Assembly: GCA_029856145.1 (NCBI GenBank)
Contig: JAHQWK010000011.1
Span: forward strand, 32,001 to 96,000
Length of the DNA stretch: 64,000 bases
Direction: 5' to 3'
Origin: Promethearchaeia archaeon
Lineage (GTDB): Archaea; Asgardarchaeota; Lokiarchaeia; Sigyniarchaeales; SOKP01
How positions within the stretch are numbered: position 1 is the first letter of the stretch; each line of letters starts with the position of its first letter. Positions 10,450 through 21,156 of the stretch are shown in pieces. The notes beneath the pieces were generated by a model, which saw nothing but the letters and a program-made list of their open reading frames with translations, ran no database searches and was not told the DNA's origin. Both the position numbers and the translations under genes were made by a program.

Positions 10450-11433
10450 TTGATAAAGAACTATTATCTAATTTTTAAAATTTTAGTTTTAACTTGCGTA
10501 ATCTGTCTATGTGGTTTTATTCTGTATAGTTTCTTTTATAATAATCTTTATTATCCTACTGAATCCCTAGTAGTCTCAATTAGTTGGATGATCACTATTA
10601 GTAATTTTATTTTATTTTTCTATGTATTGATATTTCTAATTAACTTTAGGACGTATATTATTATTTTTAGCATAGTTGCAATATTAGGAACACCAGCATG
10701 GATAATAATTTATGCTCTAGAAACTTTTATAGTTGGATTTTGGTTCCCATTTTTGACAATTATAAGACATCTTTCTGCTATTCTCTGCTTTTCCATTTTA
10801 TCACCAGGGTTAACCTTAATTGTTATAAATTATATTAAAAATAATTCAAATAGATTTCAATCGAGAAAGTTATTTCATAATTATCATATTCATGAGGGAT
10901 TTGTGGGGATAATCTCCATTTTAATTTCCATTATTCTAATAATAACACGATATGCACTTATACAATATGAGGTTTTTCGTCAAGAATTAAGGATTTTCTT
11001 GGCAATAGATATGGTTCTTCTTTATCTATTTCTTTTTTTTGGAAGTTTTTTAATTTTTAGAGATTGGAGGGATTTAGTTCAATTTAAAATCATCCAGAAA
11101 CGGGAACTTGTAGATACTATTTATTCTTCCTCAACTTTTTACCCTCTTACTTCTGATTCTGTTAACTTCTTTAAATCCCCTAAGATAATATTATATCCAT
11201 TTGGAATTTTACTCAGTAGCATAGCTGTAAATATTTTTATTCATGGAACCGATTTTTTCCCTGAAGAACTATTTACATTAAATCATGAAACACTTGTTTT
11301 AATTGGAATCATACTTAGCTTTTTTGCTGGAGGAATAGTAGGTTTAGACTGGTATAGATTATTTGCAAAACTATATCCCGAATTATATCAAAATTTCGAG
11401 CAGGTCTTAGAAAACCTTAGAAAGAATACCTAA
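10450..11433 (+). CDS. Hypothetical multi-pass membrane protein
   Basis: About 8 TM helices, HIHEG motif. Confidence 0.6.
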   Translation: MIKNYYLIFKILVLTCVICLCGFILYSFFYNNLYYPTESLVVSISWMITISNFILFFYVLIFLINFRTYIIIFSIVAILGTPAWIIIYALETFIVGFWFPFLTIIRHLSAILCFSILSPGLTLIVINYIKNNSNRFQSRKLFHNYHIHEGFVGIISILISIILIITRYALIQYEVFRQELRIFLAIDMVLLYLFLFFGSFLIFRDWRDLVQFKIIQKRELVDTIYSSSTFYPLTSDSVNFFKSPKIILYPFGILLSSIAVNIFIHGTDFFPEELFTLNHETLVLIGIILSFFAGGIVGLDWYRLFAKLYPELYQNFEQVLENLRKNT

Positions 11434-11879
11434 ACTAAATCTCTTATAGATCTTTTCTGTATCAACTTTATAAGTTTTTTACTGAAAAATCCTGTTGCAA
11501 TGACATCAGAGAATTCTAATCTGTCAATGTATAATCTTAGACTTTTAATCTTATAATTCTGATAATCCAAGACTTCTGCAACCTTAACACTTAATTCTTT
11601 ACCTTGATTAAAACTTACATGTATTATGAATTCTTCAAAAAAAATGTTCTTTTCAACCATTATAACAATTGGTTCAAATTTAATTGTATCAAACAAAGTA
11701 AAGAACCAATTGAGCCAATCTTTTAATTTTTCTTTTCCTTTAATTTTTAACCCAAATATCTCAATTTCACAATCTTGCGAAAAATATGGGATGAGTTTAT
11801 CTATATCCTGTAATTCTAAATCATTATCAAGTTCTTCTGCAAGTTTAAGAATTTTATTCTTAATTTGATCTTCATTCAT
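11430..11879 (-). CDS. NTF2/SnoaL-like fold protein
   Basis: DIDKLIPYFSQDC...IKGKE...KIKSLRLYID pattern. Confidence 0.7.
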   Translation of the reverse strand: MNEDQIKNKILKLAEELDNDLELQDIDKLIPYFSQDCEIEIFGLKIKGKEKLKDWLNWFFTLFDTIKFEPIVIMVEKNIFFEEFIIHVSFNQGKELSVKVAEVLDYQNYKIKSLRLYIDRLEFSDVIATGFFSKKLIKLIQKRSIRDLV

Positions 11880-11974
11880 ATGATATCATTTCTTTTGATA
11901 CTAAATAAATATTAAACTTAAGAATTACATCTGTAATTAAAAATCTATTCATCTATTATTCATGAAATCGAACG

Positions 11975-12256
11975 TTAGCTAGTATTCCATTCCGAAAATC
12001 CAAGAATACTTCCACAGAAAGGACAATACCACATTTTTTTTCTGCGGGTATATTCTCCCTTAAATCCTTGGAATTTTTGATGCCTTTTTTTATCTATCTT
12101 TGTAGCATAGAAATCATATATATGTAGTTCTTTTTTACAATAAGGACATTTTGGCTTAATATGAGGGGCTGAATTGAAATTATATCCACAGTTAGAACAA
12201 ATTTGTATAGAAATATCAAGCTCTTTTCCGCATTCCCAACAACCTTTATTAAACAT
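11975..12256 (-). CDS. Small multi-zinc-ribbon protein
   Basis: Four CxxC pairs (CWEC, CSNC, CPYC, CPFC). Confidence 0.7.
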   Translation of the reverse strand: MFNKGCWECGKELDISIQICSNCGYNFNSAPHIKPKCPYCKKELHIYDFYATKIDKKRHQKFQGFKGEYTRRKKMWYCPFCGSILGFSEWNTS

Positions 12257-12447
12257 AGGTTAATCAATTATGACTATAAATTATTGAACTTCCAATTATT
12301 ATTATTAAAAATTAAGCTACATTTATTTATATAGATTTCAATTATTATTTTATAAAGAAAAAGATCACCTTACAAATTTGTAATATTAAACATTTTTAAC
12401 CAAGAAAACTGTATTTAAATTAAAACAAAGAATTTCTCAAAATCAAA

Positions 12448-12843
12448 ATGTCCGATGAAGAACTTAGAGATCAAATTAATAAAATAGCAGTTCAAATAGA
12501 AAAAATTGAACAAGTAGCAAAACAAAAAGAATCTTATATCTCAAATAAGCTTAGTGGAGAATTTGATCCAAAAATCAGTGAAATTGAAGGAAAGATGCGA
12601 CAACAAAAGTCCATCTTAAATGATCTTAATATGCAAATTGATGTTTTAACATCAAAAAAGAAAGAATTGATTCCTATTGTAAAGAACTTGGAAAACGAAT
12701 GGAATAATCTAAAAAAAGAGAGAGAGAAATCTTTAAATTTAAACTTAAAAGCAATTGAAAAAGAAAAGAAAACCAAAACGAAAGATATAGACCGACAAAT
12801 AAAAGCACTAGAAAAAGAATTAAAATCATTAGAGACTAAGTGA
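12448..12843 (+). CDS. Coiled-coil hypothetical protein
   Basis: Continuous E/K/L heptad pattern. Confidence 0.6.
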   Translation: MSDEELRDQINKIAVQIEKIEQVAKQKESYISNKLSGEFDPKISEIEGKMRQQKSILNDLNMQIDVLTSKKKELIPIVKNLENEWNNLKKEREKSLNLNLKAIEKEKKTKTKDIDRQIKALEKELKSLETK

Positions 12844-13010
12844 TTAAAGAATTCTAAATCTTTTTATATAGATAGATTCCTAGGGCTGATTGTATTTTTT
12901 AGACATTTTAAATAAATAATTAAATTCAAACTTCTATTAGAGTTCAATATTTCAAACTATAGATAAATAGGTTTCATATAAAGAAATATAATAAACAGAT
13001 TTAGATAATT

Positions 13011-13799
13011 ATGAACAATACAATCTATTTTTTCTCTGGAACAGGCAATTCTTTAAAGATTGCTAGAGATCTTGCTGAGAAGTTAGAAAATACTGAACTC
13101 ATGCCAATTGCTAAACTATGGCAAAAAAGAAGTATAGAATCAATAAGTGAAAAAATTGGATTCATTTTTCCATTATATTATTCTGGTCTGCCAAAAATAG
13201 TCCATGATTTTATAGACAAATTGAATATAAGTAGAACGAATTATGTTTTTACAGTTGTTACAAGTACAGGGGATATAAATGAACAATCTTTACAGCAGTG
13301 GGATAAGCTTCTCAAGAAAAAGTCAAAAAAATTAAATGCAGGATTTTATGTCAATATGCCTAATAATTATATCATTGGATTTAATGTTCATTCAAAGGAG
13401 CGTCAGAAAGAATTTTTTGAAAATGCGATTAAACAAATAAAAAATATGTCTGAAATAATAAATAATCAGGAAGACAATATTACTCAAGAGATTCTTGAGA
13501 AAGATGTAAGCCGGAGTGCAAAAATTAATAAAAATTTTCGAGATTCTGTAAATGAGAGTGATAAAGCTTTTACCGTAAGTGAGAATTGCAATAGCTGTGG
13601 TATATGTGAGAATGTTTGTCCTGTTGATAATATTATTCTGATAAGTGGGATACCAGAATGGCAACATAAATGTCAACAATGCTTAGCGTGTATCAATTTC
13701 TGTCCTGAAAAAGCAATTCAATATGGAAAACAAACTCAGAAAACACAGAGGTACCATCATCCTGAAATTTCAATTGAAGAGATAGCAAAACAGAAATGA
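13011..13799 (+). CDS. EFR1-type flavodoxin-ferredoxin fusion
   Basis: YFFSGTGNS flavodoxin loop, MPNNY, two [4Fe-4S] motifs (CNSCGICENVCP, CQQCLACINFCP). Confidence 0.9.
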   Translation: MNNTIYFFSGTGNSLKIARDLAEKLENTELMPIAKLWQKRSIESISEKIGFIFPLYYSGLPKIVHDFIDKLNISRTNYVFTVVTSTGDINEQSLQQWDKLLKKKSKKLNAGFYVNMPNNYIIGFNVHSKERQKEFFENAIKQIKNMSEIINNQEDNITQEILEKDVSRSAKINKNFRDSVNESDKAFTVSENCNSCGICENVCPVDNIILISGIPEWQHKCQQCLACINFCPEKAIQYGKQTQKTQRYHHPEISIEEIAKQK

Positions 13800-13853
13800 G
13801 ACTTTTAAATTATTAAAAAACATTTTTTAAGTATATCTTAATCAAGTTGTGAT

Positions 13854-14594
13854 ATGAATAATCATTTTGGGACTTATGGAGATAATTTCCAACTAAAATC
13901 TAAATATATTAGAGGAAATTTGCCTCGTCATCAATTAAACTGGGTAGAAAAACCTAAAATTTTTAAGACATATCCGAATGCTTTAAAAATAGTAAAATTA
14001 CCTGATCCTGAGTTTAATAAGGATATACAATTTTGGAATGTAATTTTAAATAGGCAATCTACTCGAAAGTTTAGAAATGAGCCTATAACCCTTTCAGACC
14101 TAAGTTCCTTATTATTTGGAATGACTGGTTTAACGCGTATTTTTCCACAATATGCCTTTAGGACAGTACCATCTGCGGGTGGTTTATATCCAATTGAAGT
14201 ATATCCTACAATAAATAATGTTGAAAATCTGGAAAAAGGGATTTATCATTATAACATTTCAAAACACCACCTTGAATTGTTAAAAGAAGGTGATTTTCGA
14301 ACGGAGATTGCTAAAGGATGTTTAGATCAACAAATAGCCTTTAATTCAGCAGTTAATTTTGTATGGACTGTGATTATCGAAAGATCAAGGTGGAAATATC
14401 TTCAAAGATGTTATCGTTATATCTATATGGATGCGGGACATATAGGTCAGAACTTTTATTTAGTTGCTGAGGCATTAGGTTTAGGCGCATGTACTATAGG
14501 TGCCATATATGATGATGAAATTAATAATTTATTAGATATTGATGGTATTCAAGAAACAGCACTTTATGTTGGTGTAATAGGAAAAAAAATTTAG
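13854..14594 (+). CDS. SagB/ThcOx-type nitroreductase-family dehydrogenase
   Basis: RQSTRKF, RTVPSAGGLYP, DAGHIGQN. Confidence 0.88.
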   Translation: MNNHFGTYGDNFQLKSKYIRGNLPRHQLNWVEKPKIFKTYPNALKIVKLPDPEFNKDIQFWNVILNRQSTRKFRNEPITLSDLSSLLFGMTGLTRIFPQYAFRTVPSAGGLYPIEVYPTINNVENLEKGIYHYNISKHHLELLKEGDFRTEIAKGCLDQQIAFNSAVNFVWTVIIERSRWKYLQRCYRYIYMDAGHIGQNFYLVAEALGLGACTIGAIYDDEINNLLDIDGIQETALYVGVIGKKI

Positions 14595-15400
14595 TAGAAG
14601 AAGATTAAATCTATAATTATAATTGTAAAAGCTGCTCCAAGTGCAATACCAATATCAAGCCAATTAACAGTTTTTGTTTCAGAATGGGATATTCGGTCCA
14701 AGTATGGAAAAACAGGTTTATAAATAGCCATTAATATTATTGTAAATCCTGTAGCAGAAATAAGAGCAATCAACCTATTAAAAAGTACACTTGGATCGAA
14801 GATTGATACGTATATCACCGAAGTTATAAAGTATAGGGAAAATCCTAAAGAAACCGTAATCAATTTCCAAACTGAATGATGATTAGATATATTTTCTAAT
14901 GGTAATAGCAAGAGTAAGAATATACTCCCAATAGTAATAAATAAAATACCAAGAATTCCTATAATGATTGATGGTATTCCCCCAATGATAATTACTTTGC
15001 CCCAATCAGTTAAGAGTGGGAGTTCTATAAGACTTATAAAAGTCGCTACACCCTCTGCCATAAATGTCGTTCCTGCACACATAAGTAACGGTAAGATTTT
15101 AGGATTGCATTTATACCATACTGAAAGACTTACAATAGAAGAACATAATATATTAAAAAGTGGTCCCATAGCCACAGTAAATGGCATTACTTCTGGAATA
15201 AGTGGACCACCGTCGCAATGTGATAATGCAAAAGGGTGAACATATATTCTTATATCAGATGCACCTACTATTGAAAGAGCAATAGCATGTCCTGTCTCAT
15301 GAAATGTAAGTCCTAAGCAATAACTAAAGGTGTATGCTCCTAGTACTAATAGGATAGATTTTAGGGTAGAAAGGTTAAATATTCTTGAAATTTTAGACAA
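14591..15400 (-). CDS. M50-like membrane metallopeptidase family protein
   Basis: HETGH zinc motif, AMGP and TDW motifs, multiple TM helices. Confidence 0.65.
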   Translation of the reverse strand: MSKISRIFNLSTLKSILLVLGAYTFSYCLGLTFHETGHAIALSIVGASDIRIYVHPFALSHCDGGPLIPEVMPFTVAMGPLFNILCSSIVSLSVWYKCNPKILPLLMCAGTTFMAEGVATFISLIELPLLTDWGKVIIIGGIPSIIIGILGILFITIGSIFLLLLLPLENISNHHSVWKLITVSLGFSLYFITSVIYVSIFDPSVLFNRLIALISATGFTIILMAIYKPVFPYLDRISHSETKTVNWLDIGIALGAAFTIIIIDLIFFY

Positions 15401-15582
15401 AAAATTTTCCTTTTTTGATTTTAGCTTGAATTATTAAGTTCAATTAATCAATATTGAAGTTAATCTAATTCGAATATTGTTAAATGCTAAAATTTTATTA
15501 TTAATAAGAAAATGGGAGTTTAAAATTTAATTATCTAATTTTATAAAACTATTTTACATCTAAAATTTAATAATTAAATAAC

Positions 15583-16059
15583 ATGAAAGATTTGGAAAAG
15601 GAAGTTAGGACAATATTAAGAAAACAGAATTGGTTAGTCTTAAGTACTTCGGATAATAATAATGTACCTCACAGTTCTGTTGTAGTTTACCAGAGTGATG
15701 GCTATGTGATTTATTGCATGACAGGTAAGAATACAGTTAAGGCAAGAAATATCAGAAATAATAGTAAAGTGTCTGTGACCTTACCATTCAGAAAGAATTT
15801 TCTCCACAAGATTGTACCAGCACCACCTGCTGAATTACATTTTACAGCGGAAGCAGAAATTAAACCTTTCGAAGATGAGGAAGCCAGAAATATCTTTTCT
15901 AAATACTTAAAATATCAAGAAAATATAGAAAACCAAGAAGAAAATATTTGGATCAAAATAACACCATCGGGGAGAATAATAACTTATGGTGTTGGGATAC
16001 CACTCTTTAAAATGAGAAATCCAGAAAAAGCAAGGAATTTAGTTGAATTAAAATCATGA
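15583..16059 (+). CDS. Pyridoxamine 5'-phosphate oxidase-like (split barrel) protein
   Basis: VLSTS...PHSS...KARNIRNNSKVSV. Confidence 0.8.
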   Translation: MKDLEKEVRTILRKQNWLVLSTSDNNNVPHSSVVVYQSDGYVIYCMTGKNTVKARNIRNNSKVSVTLPFRKNFLHKIVPAPPAELHFTAEAEIKPFEDEEARNIFSKYLKYQENIENQEENIWIKITPSGRIITYGVGIPLFKMRNPEKARNLVELKS

Positions 16060-16095
16060 AAACAAGCTATAAATTTTAATAGAAAAGGATAACTT

Positions 16096-17340
16096 ATGTC
16101 GGAAAAAAAAATAAAACCATTAAATATAATTACTGATGGGATGAATCCGGTTATAAAGAAACATATAGAAGGTGTGTACTATGCATCAACTCTAATTAGT
16201 GGAATGGTTTGGTTTGAAACCGGCGAAGGAGCTGTAGTAATAGACACATTAATAAACATTCCCTCAGCAGAGAAAGTTTTAAATAGTATTCATGAAAAGA
16301 TTAAATTCATCATATACACTCATGGTCATGCAGATCACGTAGGTGGAGCAAAAGTCTTTATTGCAGATAATCCAGAGATCATAGCAAATAAATATTTACC
16401 AGAAAGGTTTGATAGATATAAATTTCTTGAACCATATAGAAATCTAATTGCTGGTATGCAATTTAATGTCCCATCAACTATATTTGGAAAAGGTGTTAAA
16501 AATTATGTATATCCCACAAAGATATTTTTAGGAGATTACACATTTAAGCTAGGAAAATATACGTTTGAGCTTCACACTGGACGTGGTGAAACTGATGATG
16601 CCGTTTGGGTATATATCCCTGAGCTTAATACTGCTATTATTGGTGATTTTATAATGGGTCCTTGGTTTCCAAATATTGGTAATCCATGGAAGCCTACTCG
16701 ATTTGCATTAGATTGGGTAAAAGAATTAGAAAGAATCCGCTTATTAGAACCAGAGTATATTTTCTGTAGTGGAGGAGGATATTTATTTAAGGGAGAACAA
16801 GCAAAAAAGGCTATGAATGATAACATTGAAGTAATCCGATCATTACATGATCAAGTGGTAGAATTGATCAATGAAGGAATGCATATTACAGAGATGATTC
16901 ACACTGTAAAAGTTCCAAAGCATTTAAACAATAGTCCTTTTCTAAAACAAAACTATTCTCGGCCAGAATTTTTTGTTTATAATGTGTACCGATGGTATCA
17001 TGGTTATTATGATCACAATCCCGCACATCTCATACCAAGACCAGAAAGGGAAGTTATGAAAGAAATTTATAGTCTCATTGGTTCTAAAGAAAAACTCATA
17101 AATCGTGTTAACAAACTTTTCGAACAGAAACAAGAACAGTTAGCTCTCCAAGTATTAGATGTTTTAATTCAGTCTGAACCAGAAGATATCGAGGCATTAA
17201 AACTAAGGATGAAATTAGTTAAAATTTTAGCTCAGGATGACACTTGTGTAATGAGTAAAAATGCCTATTTTTACAGTACCAAAGAAGATAAAAAAACTAT
17301 TCGTCAAATTCGAAAAAAATCAAAGGATTTCCCTTCCTAA
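16096..17340 (+). CDS. Alkyl sulfatase-like MBL-fold hydrolase
   Basis: THGHADH, GETDD, PNIGNP and dimerisation motif YHGYYDHNPAHL. Confidence 0.85.
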   Translation: MSEKKIKPLNIITDGMNPVIKKHIEGVYYASTLISGMVWFETGEGAVVIDTLINIPSAEKVLNSIHEKIKFIIYTHGHADHVGGAKVFIADNPEIIANKYLPERFDRYKFLEPYRNLIAGMQFNVPSTIFGKGVKNYVYPTKIFLGDYTFKLGKYTFELHTGRGETDDAVWVYIPELNTAIIGDFIMGPWFPNIGNPWKPTRFALDWVKELERIRLLEPEYIFCSGGGYLFKGEQAKKAMNDNIEVIRSLHDQVVELINEGMHITEMIHTVKVPKHLNNSPFLKQNYSRPEFFVYNVYRWYHGYYDHNPAHLIPRPEREVMKEIYSLIGSKEKLINRVNKLFEQKQEQLALQVLDVLIQSEPEDIEALKLRMKLVKILAQDDTCVMSKNAYFYSTKEDKKTIRQIRKKSKDFPS

Positions 17341-17430
17341 ATGGTTTACTTCAAAAATCCATTTTAAGGAATGATATTGAAAAGTACATAAATAGAAAAA
17401 ATTTTATAGGGATAAAAAAAAGTAATAATT

Positions 17431-18033
17431 ATGGAAGACCCGGAAGAAATGGAGCCCTCCGAGAAAAAATCAGAAATAGAGGGATATCATGATTTAAAGA
17501 AAAATGATTTTTCCATTCAAATTGAAGAAGAAAAGGATGGTACACAATCTTTTTATGTAAAGTCTGAGGATTTTTTTCAAAAGGTTGGACATGCTTTGAA
17601 AAACGTAGTTAATTATCTTAAATTCAAATTTCATAAAGTTTTTTTTAAAAAAGACACAGAAGAACAACATTATAAAATGTCAAAAAAACTTTATAATCAG
17701 CAAGAAAGGTTAGAAAAAAAATTAAAAAAGGTCGCAAAATCGTTAGAAAAAACTCATGAACTTGCAAGTCAAATTAAAGATGATACATCACAGATAAAGT
17801 TGGATATTGAAACTGTTGCGGTTATATTAGAATATCAAATGGATAGAATTTCAGATAAGATTGATGAGGTTGAAAACTACATGAGGGAGCATTTGGGTTC
17901 AAACTGGCTTCAAATTAAAAACAATTGGACACAATTTAAGGATGGAGAGATTTCTAGGGGTGAGTTTGCGAAATTAGCTTTAAAAAAGTTAGGAAAGATT
18001 TTTCTTGGTATTTTTGTTAGTACATCATCTTAA
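17431..18033 (+). CDS. Hypothetical coiled-coil protein with C-terminal helical domain
   Basis: Central coiled coil; C-terminus HLGSNW...GEISRGEF. Confidence 0.6.
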   Translation: MEDPEEMEPSEKKSEIEGYHDLKKNDFSIQIEEEKDGTQSFYVKSEDFFQKVGHALKNVVNYLKFKFHKVFFKKDTEEQHYKMSKKLYNQQERLEKKLKKVAKSLEKTHELASQIKDDTSQIKLDIETVAVILEYQMDRISDKIDEVENYMREHLGSNWLQIKNNWTQFKDGEISRGEFAKLALKKLGKIFLGIFVSTSS

Positions 18034-18168
18034 TCTGGGCAATTAAATTTCAATCAAAGCTACTGATCATTATTCTTTTTTTGGATTATATAAAAATTAG
18101 ATTAATTAACAAAGAATGAATTAGATCTAATGAAAATGAGAATAATGTTTTGAATTAAAATCTTAAAA

Positions 18169-18384
18169 GTGGTTATCATAGTTAAAAAAGGAATTCTTGA
18201 AAAGTTAAAAGATAAGAAAGTCTCTGTGTATGTGAGAGATGTAGTAGAAAGAAACTGGTTTTCAGGGGCGTTTAAAGGCATTACTGATGATAGTATTGAA
18301 ATACGAGAAAAAACAGATTATTCTGAATGTCGTTATTATATTTCCCTAAAAGAAATTGTTGTTGTTTCAGAAAGTTTAATGTAA
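18169..18384 (+). CDS. Small Sm/LSm-like beta-barrel protein
   Basis: LKDKKVSVY...FSGAFKGITDDSIEI...YISLKEIVVV pattern. Start possibly ATA 18178. Confidence 0.55.
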   Translation: MVIIVKKGILEKLKDKKVSVYVRDVVERNWFSGAFKGITDDSIEIREKTDYSECRYYISLKEIVVVSESLM

Positions 18385-18404
18385 GTGCTAAATAAAATTA
18401 TTCT

Positions 18405-19115
18405 TTATTTTTTCCACCATTGTGGGACTTCTACAGTTATAAATTTATCAATATCGAAGAGTAAAATTTGTCCATTTTGGAAGGAAAAAGCGAGACCACC
18501 TAAGAAATTGACCCATATCTCATCAGGTAGAAGATTAAACCACCCAAATCTAAGTCCCATAATAGGGATTTCATGAGTAATATGAAGATCTATACAGTTT
18601 CTTGGAGCTTCACGAATTAAATTCCATATAATCTTCGCAGAATTTATTGAATAGGAAGATAATGATTGAGCTTTATCATGTGGAAAGGCATCTGTTATCC
18701 AATTTTGAACATATTTAATCAAATCTCCATCCTCAATCTGTTTTAGGAAAAAATTTCGATCTAATCCAATATTATATAGAGGATCTAGAGTTCCCTTAAG
18801 TTCTGCCTTTCCACCAATTATTTTGAAACCTTCAATTATATCCTCAGCGGTTTCTTGGCATCTTGGGGCATGACTAGTGAATATTCGAATTGGTCTTTCA
18901 ACAGGGAGTTTTTCACCGAATCTTTTTGCTATTTGATGACCATTTGGAGTCAATAATAGTTCTTGCGGCTCCCAAACAGATTTTACTTCATTTTTTTCAG
19001 AGTGTCTGAGTAAAAGAATAATCTTTGCATTTTCTGGAAATTTAACTAATCCTTCTATCAATTTACGTGTGTGAATAGTCCAATCCAATTCTTCCCAAAT
19101 ATTTTGAATGTTCAT
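18405..19115 (-). CDS. Histidine phosphatase (PGM) family protein
   Basis: LLRHSE, LTPNG, SHAPRCQETA, ITHE. Confidence 0.85.
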   Translation of the reverse strand: MNIQNIWEELDWTIHTRKLIEGLVKFPENAKIILLLRHSEKNEVKSVWEPQELLLTPNGHQIAKRFGEKLPVERPIRIFTSHAPRCQETAEDIIEGFKIIGGKAELKGTLDPLYNIGLDRNFFLKQIEDGDLIKYVQNWITDAFPHDKAQSLSSYSINSAKIIWNLIREAPRNCIDLHITHEIPIMGLRFGWFNLLPDEIWVNFLGGLAFSFQNGQILLFDIDKFITVEVPQWWKK

Positions 19116-19144
19116 AGTGTTTTAATAAATAAATGAAAAATTAT

Positions 19145-20035
19145 TTAAAACCATTTAACTTTAAGAGGTTTTCGTGCGGGGATTCTATAATAGCGAGCTT
19201 TTGGATATCCTATTGCTAATGTATATCCCGCAATATGTTTTAAAGGGAGCTTTACGATTTTAGCGACCGGTCTCATAACATTGAAAAAAGCAGTAATATA
19301 TCCCAGCGAACAAGTTCCTAATCCTAATGTTTCAGCAGCTAACATTATTTGACAAGCAGCTAAGGTACAATTTTCTATCGGAGATAATGCATCTTTAGGT
19401 GAATGAATAATAATAATTTCGGCATCCCTACGCCAAACTTCAATACCTTTCCTTATCATTTTTAAAAATAGTTTAAATGCGGGGATAAGTCCTTCAAGTC
19501 TCTTTATGAAACGTGGGGGAAAAGCTGTTTCTAAAGTATTTCTACCTTGAGGATCTTCAAAATTCCTAACAAGATTCTTAACTTGATTCGTAGATTCTTC
19601 AGATAACTTCTTAAGTGTTTCTCGATTTTGAACAACTGTAAAATAAACTTTTTCTTGATTCCATGCCGTAGCAGAATATCTGCCTGCGATGTTTAGAATT
19701 TTCTCAATTAATTCTTTTGGAACTGGTTTATTAGTAAATTGCCTTCGAGACCTTCTAACTTGAAAAAGATTTCCTAGAAATTCAAACGATGGAAAATTCT
19801 CTTTAGTAGGAATCTCCCTAAGAATCTCATCTTTATGAAGCTTGAGTGTAATTGCATTAACTGGGCAAACAGCAGCACATTTTCCACATTCAATACAATA
19901 ATCATCTGCTTTTTTATCTAAACATAAGATATCTGAATCAAAATAATAAAATCGACATTCATTTACACAAGCTTCACATTTAGTACAGGAATCTATATCT
20001 ACAATTATTTTAGAATTCTCTAATATACTCATCAT
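19145..20035 (-). CDS. Nitroreductase with N-terminal 2x[4Fe-4S] ferredoxin
   Basis: CTKCEACVNEC and CIECGKCAAVCP; RRSRRQF; LAAETLGLGTC. Confidence 0.9.
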   Translation of the reverse strand: MMSILENSKIIVDIDSCTKCEACVNECRFYYFDSDILCLDKKADDYCIECGKCAAVCPVNAITLKLHKDEILREIPTKENFPSFEFLGNLFQVRRSRRQFTNKPVPKELIEKILNIAGRYSATAWNQEKVYFTVVQNRETLKKLSEESTNQVKNLVRNFEDPQGRNTLETAFPPRFIKRLEGLIPAFKLFLKMIRKGIEVWRRDAEIIIIHSPKDALSPIENCTLAACQIMLAAETLGLGTCSLGYITAFFNVMRPVAKIVKLPLKHIAGYTLAIGYPKARYYRIPARKPLKVKWF

Positions 20036-20208
20036 TTATCTAAATTAAAGGTTTTTTTTAATAAATCAATAAAAGAATCAAATTCTATTAATTTTTTTAT
20101 ATCTTTTTTAAACACTAATGTCATTTACCTATAAGCTGAAAGTTTAAAATAAGAACTCTTTTATTTATATTAAAGAAAACTAACAAAAATTAAGGGTTTT
20201 AAATAACT

Positions 20209-20592
20209 ATGATAAAATCAATTTTAGTATGTGATTCTCAAGGCTATCCATTCTATTCTAAGAAATTAGAACAAGATTTGGGTGAAATAGATCCAACAAT
20301 TTTTAGTGGTTTAATATCAGCTATAGGAGTAATAGGAAAAAAATTATTTAAAGAGGATATTGCAACTATTTCTTATGGTGAAAAATATGAGATCGTTATC
20401 ATTACAAAGGAATTATTCGGGAATGAAAAATCGATTTATTTTGTTTTTGTAATTGAAGGAAAAAAAGATCTTAAATTAATGAGACGATTGAGCACCAACA
20501 TTTTCATTGAAACCAAATATGTTTTAAAAGATCCGTCTGCTGCTAAATTGGATATTAAAGAAAAAGTAGATAAAATATTAATAAATCTATAA
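20209..20592 (+). CDS. Stand-alone longin-like domain protein
   Basis: MIKSILVCDSQGYPFYSK...DPTIFSGLISAI: longin-like beta-beta-alpha start shared with three other ORFs in the window. Confidence 0.65.
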   Translation: MIKSILVCDSQGYPFYSKKLEQDLGEIDPTIFSGLISAIGVIGKKLFKEDIATISYGEKYEIVIITKELFGNEKSIYFVFVIEGKKDLKLMRRLSTNIFIETKYVLKDPSAAKLDIKEKVDKILINL

Positions 20593-20649
20593 AAGAAGAA
20601 TCTACTGAAGCAAAATTAATAAAAAAAAATTTTAATTATTAATAATGTT

Positions 20650-20943
20650 TTAACCTAAAACTTTTAAGGCATCTCTAGCACTAATTAGAACTTCTAATTT
20701 CGCTTCAACATTATTATGGTCTAAAAATGGCCTAAACATTTTTGAGATTTCAACAATTGCATCATCTCCATGTTCTTTTTCTATAAAAACAATATTGTAA
20801 TGTTTTATACCACGTTTACCTACTGCTGTTTGGAAGGTTAACCATTTTTTTACATATGAAGGGGGTTTCCCCATTTTTTTCACGAGTTCTAGTAGTTCTG
20901 CCACCTTCGAAGAAGGATACCAAAGAATAAAATTAAGAATCAA
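20650..20943 (-). CDS. Small hypothetical protein (ferredoxin-like alpha/beta)
   Basis: TTG start preceded by GGAGTTGA SD motif. Confidence 0.6.
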   Translation of the reverse strand: MILNFILWYPSSKVAELLELVKKMGKPPSYVKKWLTFQTAVGKRGIKHYNIVFIEKEHGDDAIVEISKMFRPFLDHNNVEAKLEVLISARDALKVLG

Positions 20944-21156
20944 ACTATCATCAACTCCTTTTTAATACTCTAATTCATTGGATTCAAAATTGGTAGTGAA
21001 ACTATTGATTATTAATATTTAAAATTTTACATTTATGTAGTATTGATTGATTTAGTAAAAATATAAGATATAAGCATATTTACGCCTATGAGAGAATATT
21101 TATAAAGAAAAAGGATTAAATCATAAGTAATTATAAAAATTAAAGTGTATAGAGTT

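Noticed and set aside
13854-14594. SagB-type dehydrogenase as part of a RiPP (azole) cluster
   Set aside because: No YcaO, E1-like protein or precursor peptide is nearby, and stand-alone SagB-like nitroreductases are common in archaea.
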